The position numbers and the translations under genes were made by a program. A model generated the notes under the pieces. It saw only the letters and a list, made by a program, of their open reading frames with translations, searched no databases and was not told where the DNA came from. Below are positions 1 to 9,988 of a stretch of DNA of 64,000 bases, in pieces (position 1 is the stretch's first letter; every line of letters begins with the position of its first letter). The stretch lies in NCBI GenBank assembly GCA_003280345.1, contig QCFB01000004.1, positions 10,438-74,437 of the forward strand. Reading direction: 5' to 3'. Source of the stretch: Prochlorococcus sp. AG-363-A16. GTDB lineage: Bacteria > Cyanobacteriota > Cyanobacteriia > PCC-6307 > Cyanobiaceae.

Positions 1-465
1 CAACTATTAATTCCTCTTTTCCTTCCAATGGACCTTGAGATAAACAGGGTTCTAAGAGCCATTTTCGCTTTTGCTTTGTTTACTTCTTCCTATATTGCTG
101 AAGATATCAGGAGTGGACTTCAATCAATACCCAATACACAAAAAGAGGCTGCCAAAGTTTTAGGCCTAAATCCATTGCAAACACTCAAACTCATAATCCT
201 TCCTCAAGCATTCAGAACTGCATTGCCAGCTTTAACTAATCAGATTATTGGTTTACTTCAAAATACAAGTCTTATGGCAATCCTTGGATTAGTTGAGTTG
301 CTTGGAATTAGCCGTAGTCTCCTTGCAAACCCAGAGTTCCTTGGAAGATATTTAGAGGTATATATATGGATAGCAACAATTTATTGGCTGGTATGTACCT
401 TAATGGCATTACTTTCAAGACATATCGAAAACCAACTAAACCCAATAAATAATTTAAACAACTAA
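1..465 (+). CDS. Polar amino-acid ABC transporter permease, C-terminal part (N-terminus outside window)
   Basis: Frame 1 is open from base 1. [23 protein letters not shown]...[12 protein letters not shown] resembles the EAA-loop region of His/Glu/Gln/Arg-type permeases. An ABC ATPase gene follows directly. Confidence 0.8.
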   Translation, partial: QLLIPLFLPMDLEINRVLRAIFAFALFTSSYIAEDIRSGLQSIPNTQKEAAKVLGLNPLQTLKLIILPQAFRTALPALTNQIIGLLQNTSLMAILGLVELLGISRSLLANPEFLGRYLEVYIWIATIYWLVCTLMALLSRHIENQLNPINNLNN

Positions 466-467
466 TC

Positions 468-1211
468 ATGAATTCAATTATTGAAGTAAATTCAATTGTC
501 AAGAGCTTTGACCGTATAAATAAAGCACTTGACAATGTTTCTCTAAAAGTAGGTAGTGGTGAGGTTCTAGTTGTGATGGGCCCTTCAGGTTCAGGTAAAA
601 GCACTCTAATAAGAACATTTAACGGACTTGAAACAATTGACAAGGGAGAAATAAAAATCCTAGATATGAAAATAAATTCATGTCCCGACGAAAGGGATAT
701 TAGAAAAATCAGAAGGCGTGTTGGGATGGTCTTCCAACAATTCAACCTTTTTCCACACCTGACAATATTAGAAAATATAACTTTGGCGCCGATTCAAGTC
801 CAAAATCGAAGCAAAAAGGATTCAGAAAGACAAGCTATTGCACTGCTTGAACAAATGGGCATAGGTGACCAATTCTTTAAATATCCAAATCAACTCAGTG
901 GTGGACAGCAACAAAGAGTTGCTATAGCCCGTGCTCTTGCAATGAAGCCTGAAGTAATGCTATTCGACGAGCCAACAAGCGCATTAGATCCTGAACGAGT
1001 AAAAGAAGTCCTTGACGCAATAAGAGACCTTGCCGATAGAGGAATGACAATGGTTGTTGTCACTCATGAGATTAGTTTTGCTAGAGAGGTGGCCGATCGA
1101 GTACTTTTTATGGATGAAGGAAAAATTGTTGAGACCTCATCACCCGAAGCCTTTTTCAACAATGCCAAAGAAGAGCGTAGTAAGAAATTCTTAAATCAAA
1201 TGATGAAGTAG
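468..1211 (+). CDS. Amino-acid ABC transporter ATP-binding protein
   Basis: Walker [13 protein letters not shown] signature [15 protein letters not shown], Walker [13 protein letters not shown]-loop VTHE. Starts 2 nt after the permease stop. Confidence 0.9.
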   Translation: MNSIIEVNSIVKSFDRINKALDNVSLKVGSGEVLVVMGPSGSGKSTLIRTFNGLETIDKGEIKILDMKINSCPDERDIRKIRRRVGMVFQQFNLFPHLTILENITLAPIQVQNRSKKDSERQAIALLEQMGIGDQFFKYPNQLSGGQQQRVAIARALAMKPEVMLFDEPTSALDPERVKEVLDAIRDLADRGMTMVVVTHEISFAREVADRVLFMDEGKIVETSSPEAFFNNAKEERSKKFLNQMMK

Positions 1212-1324
1212 GTTCAGATCAGATTTTAAAAGCAGTCTTTAATAAATTAAGAAGACATCAGTAAACAAAAGAAATCTCAACTACAAAATCAATGTATAGT
1301 TATAGCTAGTGGTCTATTAGAAGA

Positions 1325-1606
1325 ATGGCTTACAGCCAAATAACAGTTGCATTAGGTGGGCTTGCACACGTACCCATTCTGATTGCTGTCCTCAAGTTCT
1401 TCGACGGAGCAACGGCCAAGAATTACGAGAGTCAAAAGGCCGCTGAAGATAAAGCAAAAGCTGAAGCAGCCGCTGCCGAAGAAGCTAAGGCCAAAGCAGC
1501 AGCGGCCAAAGCAGCTGAGGCCAAGGCAGCAGCGGCAAAAGCAGCTGCCAAAGCAAAAGCAGAGGCCGATGCCAAAGCAAAAGCAGCAGAATCAAAAGAA
1601 GAATAG
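1325..1606 (+). CDS. Small membrane-anchored protein with Ala/Lys/Glu low-complexity tail
   Basis: ATG ORF. Hydrophobic N-terminus ITVALGGLAHVPILIAVLKFF, then about 60 aa of almost pure A/K/E. The GCN/AAR codon repeats are locally GC-rich. Coding status rests only on the ORF and its composition. Confidence 0.5.
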   Translation: MAYSQITVALGGLAHVPILIAVLKFFDGATAKNYESQKAAEDKAKAEAAAAEEAKAKAAAAKAAEAKAAAAKAAAKAKAEADAKAKAAESKEE

Positions 1607-1705
1607 TTCAGTATTATTTAGAATAGAAAAACTCAATATTCACAAGAACACCAAGTATTAATTACTAAGTTAATACTTAAATGTTTTATGCAATGTAGTT
1701 CTTCT

Positions 1706-2287
1706 TTATTTGTCAATAATATATCTTCTAAATGTTAAATTAATTCGTTGACCGAAGCATCTTTTACGAACAGGTAAACAATGTAGCCAATATTTCTGGC
1801 AGATTGGTTCCATAATAAAAAGATCTCCATTATCTAGATGGACTAGCTCTTTGTCGAGTTTATATCTATGTTTTAAGCGTAAATCTCTATCTGCTCCAAG
1901 AGACAAAGAGGCAATGGGTTGCGTCATATCAAGCTCAGGCTCATTATCAGCATGCCATCCCATACAGTCCTCTCCATTGCGGTACAAATTAAGTAGGCAA
2001 CCATTGAAAATCACTCCACAAGCTTTATTTACATCAAACAAAAGCGGGAGAAACCATCCTGGCCATCCAATCCCACAATGAGTATGTCCGCTATATCTAT
2101 AAGAAATACCATTATCAGCTAAAAATACTGTCTTGCGAGGCACAACATGCTTTGCTCCATAAATGCAAACTACAGGTTGCTGCCAATTCAAATCATTTGC
2201 TAATTTTTCCTGCCAGAAACCAGTCTCAAATGATGGCATCCATTTTTGCCTTAAGCTCCATGGCCTATCTATTGAGGAGGCTTTCAT
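1706..2287 (-). CDS. alkB: AlkB-like Fe(II)/2-oxoglutarate dioxygenase
   Basis: GWHADNEPELD (HxD), a later His in WLHCLP, and C-terminal RINLTFR, typical of AlkB-type 2OG oxygenases. Confidence 0.75.
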   Translation of the reverse strand: MKASSIDRPWSLRQKWMPSFETGFWQEKLANDLNWQQPVVCIYGAKHVVPRKTVFLADNGISYRYSGHTHCGIGWPGWFLPLLFDVNKACGVIFNGCLLNLYRNGEDCMGWHADNEPELDMTQPIASLSLGADRDLRLKHRYKLDKELVHLDNGDLFIMEPICQKYWLHCLPVRKRCFGQRINLTFRRYIIDK

Positions 2288-2405
2288 AAGAGGTGTTTAG
2301 AGATAAAGAGACAGAACTAATAATGCAATTTAGTTCCTACAGATTTTTCAAAGATCATAGGAATTCTCATTTTAAGTTATGTTTGTAAAAAAATAATCAA
2401 ATCCA

Positions 2406-4097
2406 GTGAGTCAAAATCATTTATCTCTTATTCAAGCCCTGATGAGGCCTGAGGCATTCCCTCACCAAGTTGAAAATATTGAACTTATCGAAACACATAT
2501 ATCCTGGGTATTATTAACAGGAAAATACGCATATAAAATTAAAAAACCAATAAATTTAGGGTTTTATGATGCTAGAGATCTAAAGCAAAGAATAAGTTTC
2601 TGCGAAGAAGAGCTAAGGCTAAACAGAAGACTGGCGCCAGACCTATATATCGGCTTGACAAGAGTTATTGGACCAACATCAAGTGCACATATAGAAGAAC
2701 ACAATAAATACTTTGACAATAAGGTTACTTATCGACAAATTGATATTGCAGTAAAGATGGTTGAATTTCCACAAGGGAAATTACTTAGCACAATTTCGAG
2801 TAACCAATCAATAGAAGATGAGGCCTTCAATCAATTAGGGAAAAGACTTGGCGAATTTCACCTTAATCTCAAGGAATGTAATAATAAAGATAATTCATTT
2901 AAAATTAATGAGGTTATAGAACCTATGTTAAACAACTTGGCTATTATTGAAACTCTAGATATGAATGAAGAAGATGCTAAATGGATTGTTAAATATAAGC
3001 AATGGATTAAAAATGAGTTAATTAGGCTAAAAGAGATACTTAAAGAGAGGTCTCTCAACAAAGTAAAAAGAGAGTGTCATGGAGATCTACACGCTGGAAA
3101 TATTCATATTAAAAATAATAGAACTCTTCAAGTATTTGATGCAATAGACTTCAACCCAAAATTACGTTGGATTGATCCTATTAACGAGATTTCTTTCCTG
3201 GTCATGGATTTAGAAGTACGAGGTTATAACATACAAGCAAGGCAATTATTAAATGAATGGCTTGAATCTACTGGTGATTATTGTGGAATGAGTCTATTCC
3301 GAATATATTCTATTTATAGAGCGTTAGTTCGGGCAAAGGTTTATGCCATCAAAACAAAACAAATATATAAATCTAAAGAAAAATTAGAAGGTAAAGAATT
3401 AGACCTAGCAAGAAAAGAAGTAAGTATTTACATTAACAAAGCAAAAGAAATAAAATGCTTAATTCCAAAAGCACTAATAATCATGAACGGTTTCAGTGGG
3501 AGTGGTAAATCCTATCTAAGCGAAAGAATTAGCAAAGATATTTTAGCTATACGCATACGTTCAGATATAGAAAGGAAGCGTTTATTTAAAAGCTTCATCA
3601 ATAAACATTATCAACAAGAATCCTATAAGCCGTATAACATAAATCCAATTCCAATAACTTCCAGAATTAACCTTTATAGCAAAGAACTTACTCATTGGTT
3701 ATTTAATATTTGGTTACCATGTATAACTCAAAGATGCCTTTCAGGAGGGCAAACAACGATTGTAGATGCAACATTTCTCAAAAGGAATGAAAGAAATATA
3801 ATGCTTAATCTTGCAAAATCGATGAGAGTCCCATTTGCGATATTAACATGTGAATGTAGCGATTTAAATGCAAAGAGGAGGATTAAAGAAAGAGAATTGA
3901 ATACATCAGACCCATCAGATGCAAGCTTTGATGTTCGCAAAAGACAAAAAGAATATATAGAAGAATTAAGCCAAGAAGAGCTTCTATTCAATCTTAAGTT
4001 TAACGAAGAGAAGAGTTATAGAAATACTATAAAAGAACTAAGTTTTCTAATTGAAAGCCAAAGAAATAAAATCATTACTAATGCTCAATTCTATTAA
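2406..4097 (+). CDS. Fusion protein: APH-like phosphotransferase domain plus P-loop small-kinase domain
   Basis: The N-terminal half has kinase-like motifs HGDLHAGNI and FDAIDF. The C-terminal half has the P-loop GFSGSGKSY. GTG start in the track; a downstream Met13 is possible. Confidence 0.7.
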   Translation: MSQNHLSLIQALMRPEAFPHQVENIELIETHISWVLLTGKYAYKIKKPINLGFYDARDLKQRISFCEEELRLNRRLAPDLYIGLTRVIGPTSSAHIEEHNKYFDNKVTYRQIDIAVKMVEFPQGKLLSTISSNQSIEDEAFNQLGKRLGEFHLNLKECNNKDNSFKINEVIEPMLNNLAIIETLDMNEEDAKWIVKYKQWIKNELIRLKEILKERSLNKVKRECHGDLHAGNIHIKNNRTLQVFDAIDFNPKLRWIDPINEISFLVMDLEVRGYNIQARQLLNEWLESTGDYCGMSLFRIYSIYRALVRAKVYAIKTKQIYKSKEKLEGKELDLARKEVSIYINKAKEIKCLIPKALIIMNGFSGSGKSYLSERISKDILAIRIRSDIERKRLFKSFINKHYQQESYKPYNINPIPITSRINLYSKELTHWLFNIWLPCITQRCLSGGQTTIVDATFLKRNERNIMLNLAKSMRVPFAILTCECSDLNAKRRIKERELNTSDPSDASFDVRKRQKEYIEELSQEELLFNLKFNEEKSYRNTIKELSFLIESQRNKIITNAQFY

Positions 4098-5000
4098 TTA
4101 AATATCCTCGTCAAGAAAACTTACACGCTGGTAGCAGAACCAAAGCCACTGTTGAAAAAGTAGGTTTCGATGTGACCTCCATGAAGTTTGTGGATTATTA
4201 GGATCAAAGTTTTCTGGAGGAGGGACATCACCCCTAGCCATATCCCTTTCCATCTCTGACAAAATACGTCCAACATTGTATTCAGGATGTCCAAGATGCA
4301 TCAATTGCCTTTGATCAGTACTTTCAAAAATTGTATATCCAACCTTCTCACCATAGGAAAGTAACCTGAGACGACCTTGGCGTTGTGCTGCTTCCATTGC
4401 TACATCAGACAAACCTGCATACCTACTTTGCGGACACAAAAATAGATCGTCCTGAGTCCCCATCAAAGGATGACCAGGAACAAGGCTTTGCATAGGAAAA
4501 ACACCAAATAGTTTCTGTGAAAAACATTGTTTGTCAACTCCAGACAAATATGCGAGAGCAAACCCAGCCCAACAAAGTCCAAGAGTGCTCGCACAATTAG
4601 CCCTTGCTTCTTCAATAATTCTTACTAATTCAGGCCAATAATCAACTTTTTCAAATGGCAAATGTTCAACAGGTGCTCCTGTAATAATTAGGCCGTCGAG
4701 AGGCAAAGGATTCATTGCCTCCTCCCAACTAACATAAAGAGCATCAAGATGGGAAATATCCCAAGTTTTATATGCGTGCGTATTTAGTCTTATCCATATA
4801 GGCTCAATCTGAAGTGGAGATAATCCAAGTGGATGAAGGAGATTAAATTCATATTCCTTACCTAAAGGCATGACATTTAAAATACCTATTCTTAAAGGGC
4901 GAATATCTTGGCGCTCTGCAAGTTCAGGCTCAATCCATGAAATATGGTTCCTTTCAACCGCAGAAATCTTGTGATAACCACGAGGAAGGATTAAAGCCAT
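4098..5000 (-). CDS. metA: Homoserine O-acyltransferase (MetA type)
   Basis: Colinear with E. coli MetA as I recall it: IRPLRIGILNVMP, DGLIITGAPVE, STLGLCWAG, GHPEY, WRSHRNLLFQQWL. Confidence 0.9.
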   Translation of the reverse strand: MALILPRGYHKISAVERNHISWIEPELAERQDIRPLRIGILNVMPLGKEYEFNLLHPLGLSPLQIEPIWIRLNTHAYKTWDISHLDALYVSWEEAMNPLPLDGLIITGAPVEHLPFEKVDYWPELVRIIEEARANCASTLGLCWAGFALAYLSGVDKQCFSQKLFGVFPMQSLVPGHPLMGTQDDLFLCPQSRYAGLSDVAMEAAQRQGRLRLLSYGEKVGYTIFESTDQRQLMHLGHPEYNVGRILSEMERDMARGDVPPPENFDPNNPQTSWRSHRNLLFQQWLWFCYQRVSFLDEDI

Positions 5001-5071
5001 TTAACATCTCCAACTTGAAATAATAAAGACCAACAAGTGATTGAATACATTTGTCTTTCCGCTAAAAAAAT

Positions 5072-5770
5072 TCATTTGCGAACCCAATCATTAGGTGGCA
5101 ATGGCTTTTCTATATCAGTTAGAGAGGGAAGTGTTTCACGAATTAAAGAAGGTATTTGATTTCTCACTTCTGTACGGAATGTCTCAACCAATGATGCATG
5201 AAGAACGGGGTAGGAAGATTTATCTTCTGAAGAATCTACTTCTCTTAATACTCGCCATTTTGTATCCTCTTTGGCTTTTAGATTCTCTAAAGGCTTGTGA
5301 AAATCAAATTTTAATATTTGGATATTTTCAGCATTAGTATCGAGAAATCCTTTTAGAACCTCCTCTCTAAAAGAATCAAGGGCCTTTGCTTTTAGTGTAT
5401 CTGGCAAACCAAGTACAGGTTCATAATAATCAAGAACGCGCAACTCTTCCTCTAGCAAAATTGGCCACATGCCTCTATCCCCTTTGGTAATCCCAAGATT
5501 AAATTCAGCTTCATCCATCGATTGCAGATAAAAACAAAGCCTTCTGTAATAAGACTTTTCTTGGATAGGTTTCTTAGTTGAAGTCTTACTACTTACAATT
5601 TTAGGTAGAGCGGCCTCTGCCTTGCGAAGAAACTGACGATCCTCTCTCTCAAGGTTTATTGCACCCCAACGCTGTCGATAGTCCCAAAGCTCTGCATAAC
5701 GGGAGACCTCATCGTTTGACCAGCCAAGTCCTTTAAGTTCATCAGCTCGGTGAGTTAATTCTTTAGACAC
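5072..5770 (-). CDS. Hypothetical protein (acidic, helical)
   Basis: 232-codon ORF with a clean ATG start. No motif recognised. Confidence 0.55.
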   Translation of the reverse strand: MSKELTHRADELKGLGWSNDEVSRYAELWDYRQRWGAINLEREDRQFLRKAEAALPKIVSSKTSTKKPIQEKSYYRRLCFYLQSMDEAEFNLGITKGDRGMWPILLEEELRVLDYYEPVLGLPDTLKAKALDSFREEVLKGFLDTNAENIQILKFDFHKPLENLKAKEDTKWRVLREVDSSEDKSSYPVLHASLVETFRTEVRNQIPSLIRETLPSLTDIEKPLPPNDWVRK

Positions 5771-5800
5771 TCGATTTTCATACTTAATAGAACCTTAACC

Positions 5801-6832
5801 TTAGTTCGGAGGGGCGCTTACTGGAAACTGTTTTAAGTATGTAGATATAGGAATACTTTGCTCCAAGCTATAACCCACTGGCAACCAAAGATCACCTTCC
5901 TGGACATTAAAGTGTATTTCCCAGTGATAAAGACCTTTAAAAGAAAGAGGGTCTTCTCTCATTAATGAAGCGTACTCAAGAACTGCTCTTCCGTAATAAT
6001 CACTATTGTTATACCCCCACAACCCTTTCCGAATGTCTTCCAACCCACCTCTTCTAACTAGATAACGCGCTGCAGCCTGAATAGAGTCATGAGGATCATT
6101 GATATCACCATCCATACCAATCCCAGGCAATTGCCAAGTTGTAGGTAAAAACTGCATCGGTCCTTGAGCATTCGCAACAGAAACACCTTTAATTCGTCCC
6201 ATGCCAGTCTCAACAAGGTTTATCGCTGCCAAAACTTCCCATTCAATACCCGTAGCCAATTCAGCATTGTGGTAGTAAGAAAGAAGCTTTTCTAGAGGTT
6301 CAGGTTGGACAATCCTCCAAGCAGGCATCATTTTTGGCCTTGGTTTACCCTCAGCCATTTTTAAAAATTCTCTACGAGCGAATAAGTGTCTTTTCGCCAC
6401 GTCATGCCATTTATCATCTAGAAGAGAAATTACTTTTTCTGCAAGATGTAAGTCCTTTGATAAATACCTATATATCACTTGCTGTTGATGAGCCAACCGA
6501 GGTAATTCATCATCGATAGTTGATGAATCACGAATTGCATCTTCTAAAAAATTTAAAAGAGAAGCTATTTGAATAGCACTCTTTGGCACAATAGGATATT
6601 TCCTCACTTCATCAATATTATTTAAAGGAGGCTTAGAAGAAAGTTCTAGAGAATCATGCTCAATTGCCTTCTTATAACCAAACATATAGGAGGCATTAGC
6701 TGAGAAAGAAGAAGTAAGCAGAATATTCAATGATAATAACATTAATGCTAATATATTGGAAAAACTATCATTATTTCTATTGCTAAAATAAAGACCAACT
6801 TTAAAGTTAGTAAAAAATGGTAGATACACCAC
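5801..6832 (-). CDS. Lytic transglycosylase (SLT-domain) with N-terminal anchor/signal
   Basis: C-terminal motifs VETGMGR, GPMQFLPTTW and AAARYL, plus an N-terminal hydrophobic stretch. Start codon uncertain (GTG in track). Confidence 0.7.
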   Translation of the reverse strand: MVYLPFFTNFKVGLYFSNRNNDSFSNILALMLLSLNILLTSSFSANASYMFGYKKAIEHDSLELSSKPPLNNIDEVRKYPIVPKSAIQIASLLNFLEDAIRDSSTIDDELPRLAHQQQVIYRYLSKDLHLAEKVISLLDDKWHDVAKRHLFARREFLKMAEGKPRPKMMPAWRIVQPEPLEKLLSYYHNAELATGIEWEVLAAINLVETGMGRIKGVSVANAQGPMQFLPTTWQLPGIGMDGDINDPHDSIQAAARYLVRRGGLEDIRKGLWGYNNSDYYGRAVLEYASLMREDPLSFKGLYHWEIHFNVQEGDLWLPVGYSLEQSIPISTYLKQFPVSAPPN

Positions 6833-7004
6833 TTGTCACCTCGTAATAAGAATGAGAAGACAAATAATCATCATTATTAAAGTGTTGTCAAAATACAAAA
6901 GTAATTCTACATGTTAATTGCATGGTTTCAATTGATCAGAAATAGATGCATACATTTATTTCATAAAGGTAAGATATTTTATGTATTTATTATGGAAGCT
7001 CTTG

Positions 7005-8147
7005 CTATAGAGAAAGTTGGCTTATTGTCTTAATAATAAATGTCTCCTGTTGAACTATGCTATGTGTTAAGCGTAATTGAGTTTCAGCCCGAAAAAAATT
7101 TTGCAACGAATATTCAGCCTTAAAGTATAGATCGCCAAAAAAGAAATCAATTAGAAATCTCAGTCCTAATTCGAAAGATAAAGATCCTATGAAGTAAGGC
7201 ATAAACATATAATCAATCTCACCTAAGCAATGTTTTGCTATGGAAGTGTATCCACTAAGCGCAGACTCAAATAGAGTTAAATCAAATCTCACATCGATTG
7301 GCGATGAACTGTCTTCTCCTAGTGGATTGCAACAAGAGCGAAAACAATCACCAATGTCATATAACAAATAATTTGAATGTAAAGTATCCAAATCTATTAT
7401 TCCGACAACATGGTTTGTATTCAAATCAAACATAAAATTATTAATCTTAGGATCGCCATGAATCAAAGATCTTCTAAGGCCTTTCTTAGGAATAGTTTTT
7501 TCCATCAATTCCACAGACTTCCGATATTTATCTATAAAGTTGAACATCCATTCTAGTCTTTGCTCGTATCGATTTAAATCAAAACTCGATATGTTAAAAG
7601 ATGATAAACAATTATCATATTCCAAAAGATAATTAAGAATAGAGTGAAAGTTATCTATACTAGAAACAATTTTCTGAGATGACATGTCGTAAGTCAAAGA
7701 GTGAAAGATTCCCAACCCTAAACCTATTTCTCTTGCATGATTATTGTCTTGCACGACGTCAAATGTCCTTGAATTATTAATATAAGTGATGGCTCTCCAA
7801 ATCCCACCGTGAAATTCAATAGAATAATCACCTGACAAAAGTGTAGGTATTATTTTAATTGTCTCCCATCTACCACTAAATATACATTTAGAAGAATAAA
7901 AAGGCTTACTATCGAGATGTTTACCAAGTTCAGAAATATTTTCAATCAATACATCCGGATTCTTGAAGATATAAGTATTTATCTTCTGTAAAATAAAAGT
8001 ATTAAATTGATGATCCTCCTTTATTCTAACTAGAAAGGTATGATTTATTCTACCTGAACCTATCTGATTGATTTGTATAATCAAGTTAGCAGGACAAAAT
8101 TTTGCAGCAATTTCAAGAAGTTCATCTGTGGAAGGTTTGAATTCCAT
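7005..8147 (-). CDS. APH-family phosphotransferase, possibly an anomeric sugar kinase-like enzyme
   Basis: Catalytic-loop motif LIHGDPKINNFMF and metal-binding IIDLDT of the APH/choline-kinase fold. Substrate is unknown. The resemblance to MdsC/NahK-like kinases is from memory only. Confidence 0.65.
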   Translation of the reverse strand: MEFKPSTDELLEIAAKFCPANLIIQINQIGSGRINHTFLVRIKEDHQFNTFILQKINTYIFKNPDVLIENISELGKHLDSKPFYSSKCIFSGRWETIKIIPTLLSGDYSIEFHGGIWRAITYINNSRTFDVVQDNNHAREIGLGLGIFHSLTYDMSSQKIVSSIDNFHSILNYLLEYDNCLSSFNISSFDLNRYEQRLEWMFNFIDKYRKSVELMEKTIPKKGLRRSLIHGDPKINNFMFDLNTNHVVGIIDLDTLHSNYLLYDIGDCFRSCCNPLGEDSSSPIDVRFDLTLFESALSGYTSIAKHCLGEIDYMFMPYFIGSLSFELGLRFLIDFFFGDLYFKAEYSLQNFFRAETQLRLTHSIVQQETFIIKTISQLSL

Positions 8148-8307
8148 AATCAGGATTATTTGAAGCTAAAAAGCCTTAATATCAACTAAATAAAGATCAA
8201 TGGATATAATAAATGATAAACCAAGCATCAGGTATAAAAAAACATGGAATTCAATAGTTTAATTAGTTTATTTAAATAGTTATAATAATTTGAAAGCATA
8301 CTTTGAA

Positions 8308-9828
8308 CTAATTAGTTCCTAATTTAGCTTCAATGATACTCAATGCTTTGTAGTAGGGAGAGTTGTTAAATCGTGTGCTAATATAATTATTATCTGGACA
8401 AGGATTATTAGTATCATTAGAATAACCATTAATTATTGTATTAACAATTAACTCTAAAGAACCTTTTTCATTGATATAATTTAATGCATCTGCAATTTTT
8501 CGACTGTGATTAGGTCGAACAGACTCTTGACAATAATTAGTTAGCTCCCTACTACTTGTCAAAACTCTATAAATAATCTTCTTTTCATTAGTATCGCCAA
8601 AAACACACACATAAAGAAGATTAATCATAGAAGAATCATTTAGCGGAATAGAGTAATTATTTAATATTTGCGGCCAGAATTCTAATGATTTTAATCCTTC
8701 TAAGCTTCCTCTTTCTAAGCCTTCTAATTCGCACCAATTAAAAAATTCTTTCTTACCATGAGGACATCTTTGAAATTTAAGCATATTGTTCGCAAGAATT
8801 TGTCCTGCTTGAAAATTACGTGTTGGATTTCCTTTATTGGGGATCATCATACTTCCTCTTACATCCGCTACCATAGCTGTTAATTGAGAGAAAGTATGAT
8901 CACGTACATTTTGCATATCACCATCCTTTATTAACGCAGCCTCTATCTTTTGTACTCCATAGCCAAGTTCTGTTAAAGAAAATTTCTGCGAATTATATAA
9001 TCGGTCGCGATCATTCCTTAACATCGATACATTTGCAGCCTGATCAAGGCACTGATTTAATAATAATGTTAGAAGTGTTGGCAAAAGTCCAGGATTGTTT
9101 TTATGAAAGGTATGTCCGAAACCAGCAAAGATAGATGCCATATTTTTGGCTGCTTTTATATAATGCCCCTCAACATTGTGAACACCTGGTGAAACTTGAA
9201 TATTTTTTGAAAGCTTATCAAGCATTCTTGCCGCCAGCATTGCTGTTAGTACTTCTGGATGGCAAAAGTTTGCAGTAAAGCTATCTAATGGATTTCGTAA
9301 TGCTCCGTGTCTGTGAAATCCTGAAAAAAATCCGAGGTTAGTATTTTCACCGCATAAAATGTAAGAGTTATTTGATTCAATATCATGTGAAAAAGATCCA
9401 GATAAACATCCAAGAAGAACGTTTTTTCTATTAAGTTTTTCTCTTAACAAGCATGCTTGTTTAAGATCTTCTTGAATATGGTTACTATTAGAGCTAAGGA
9501 TAACAAGTTCACATCTAAGAATTAAATCCGAAAGATTATTATCTACGAATCTTTCACCTTCTTTATGACGAGACATCTTAAGAAGTGTGGCAAGATGCTT
9601 GTCATCCATACCAGCTAATGCCTCTTCATTGAATGCTCCCAACAAATCCCTTCCAGGGCGAGGAGCCAGTAAAAGGTTCGTTCCCCCAGATTGCATTGCA
9701 CAGTTATAAGCAAGTGACGCTGGATAAAGACCTATACTATAAAAGCCAACTTTTCCAGACTCTACGTCTAAAATTCTTTGAGTAATATCAGACTCTTTAG
9801 AGCATTCTGTAAAAAAGCTATTGAACAT
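8308..9828 (-). CDS. Divergent GpsA-like (NAD-dependent glycerol-3-phosphate dehydrogenase family) protein, extended
   Basis: Weak but colinear similarity to GpsA: FSGFHRHGALRN vs ISGPTFAKE, KAAKNMASIFAGF vs GAVKNVIAIGAGM, NPTRNFQAGQ vs QSRNRRFGMMLGQ. About 170 aa longer than GpsA. N-terminal dinucleotide motif is degenerate (FYSIGLYPASLA). Confidence 0.5.
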   Translation of the reverse strand: MFNSFFTECSKESDITQRILDVESGKVGFYSIGLYPASLAYNCAMQSGGTNLLLAPRPGRDLLGAFNEEALAGMDDKHLATLLKMSRHKEGERFVDNNLSDLILRCELVILSSNSNHIQEDLKQACLLREKLNRKNVLLGCLSGSFSHDIESNNSYILCGENTNLGFFSGFHRHGALRNPLDSFTANFCHPEVLTAMLAARMLDKLSKNIQVSPGVHNVEGHYIKAAKNMASIFAGFGHTFHKNNPGLLPTLLTLLLNQCLDQAANVSMLRNDRDRLYNSQKFSLTELGYGVQKIEAALIKDGDMQNVRDHTFSQLTAMVADVRGSMMIPNKGNPTRNFQAGQILANNMLKFQRCPHGKKEFFNWCELEGLERGSLEGLKSLEFWPQILNNYSIPLNDSSMINLLYVCVFGDTNEKKIIYRVLTSSRELTNYCQESVRPNHSRKIADALNYINEKGSLELIVNTIINGYSNDTNNPCPDNNYISTRFNNSPYYKALSIIEAKLGTN

Positions 9829-9988
9829 AAGGATTTTTTAAATGCCTGCTAATTTCCAATTGAAACAACTAAAAATTCTATATAGCATTATACTACAGGG
9901 AGCAAAGATAGTTATCTTAATTTCTATTCCAATTAATTTCAAATACTACCGATAAAACATTAGGTCAAACATCAAAATATTTGATCCT

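Noticed and set aside
308-745. 145-codon minus-strand ORF spanning the junction of the two ABC transporter genes
   Set aside because: It is antisense to two ORFs with strong ABC permease/ATPase motifs. Its own sequence is low-complexity (L/I/S/F-rich) with no motif.
1383-1661. 92-codon alternative-frame ORF rich in K/Q/R/P
   Set aside because: It is produced by reading the GCN/AAR repeat of the Ala/Lys-rich ORF in another frame. It has no independent start context or hydrophobic anchor.
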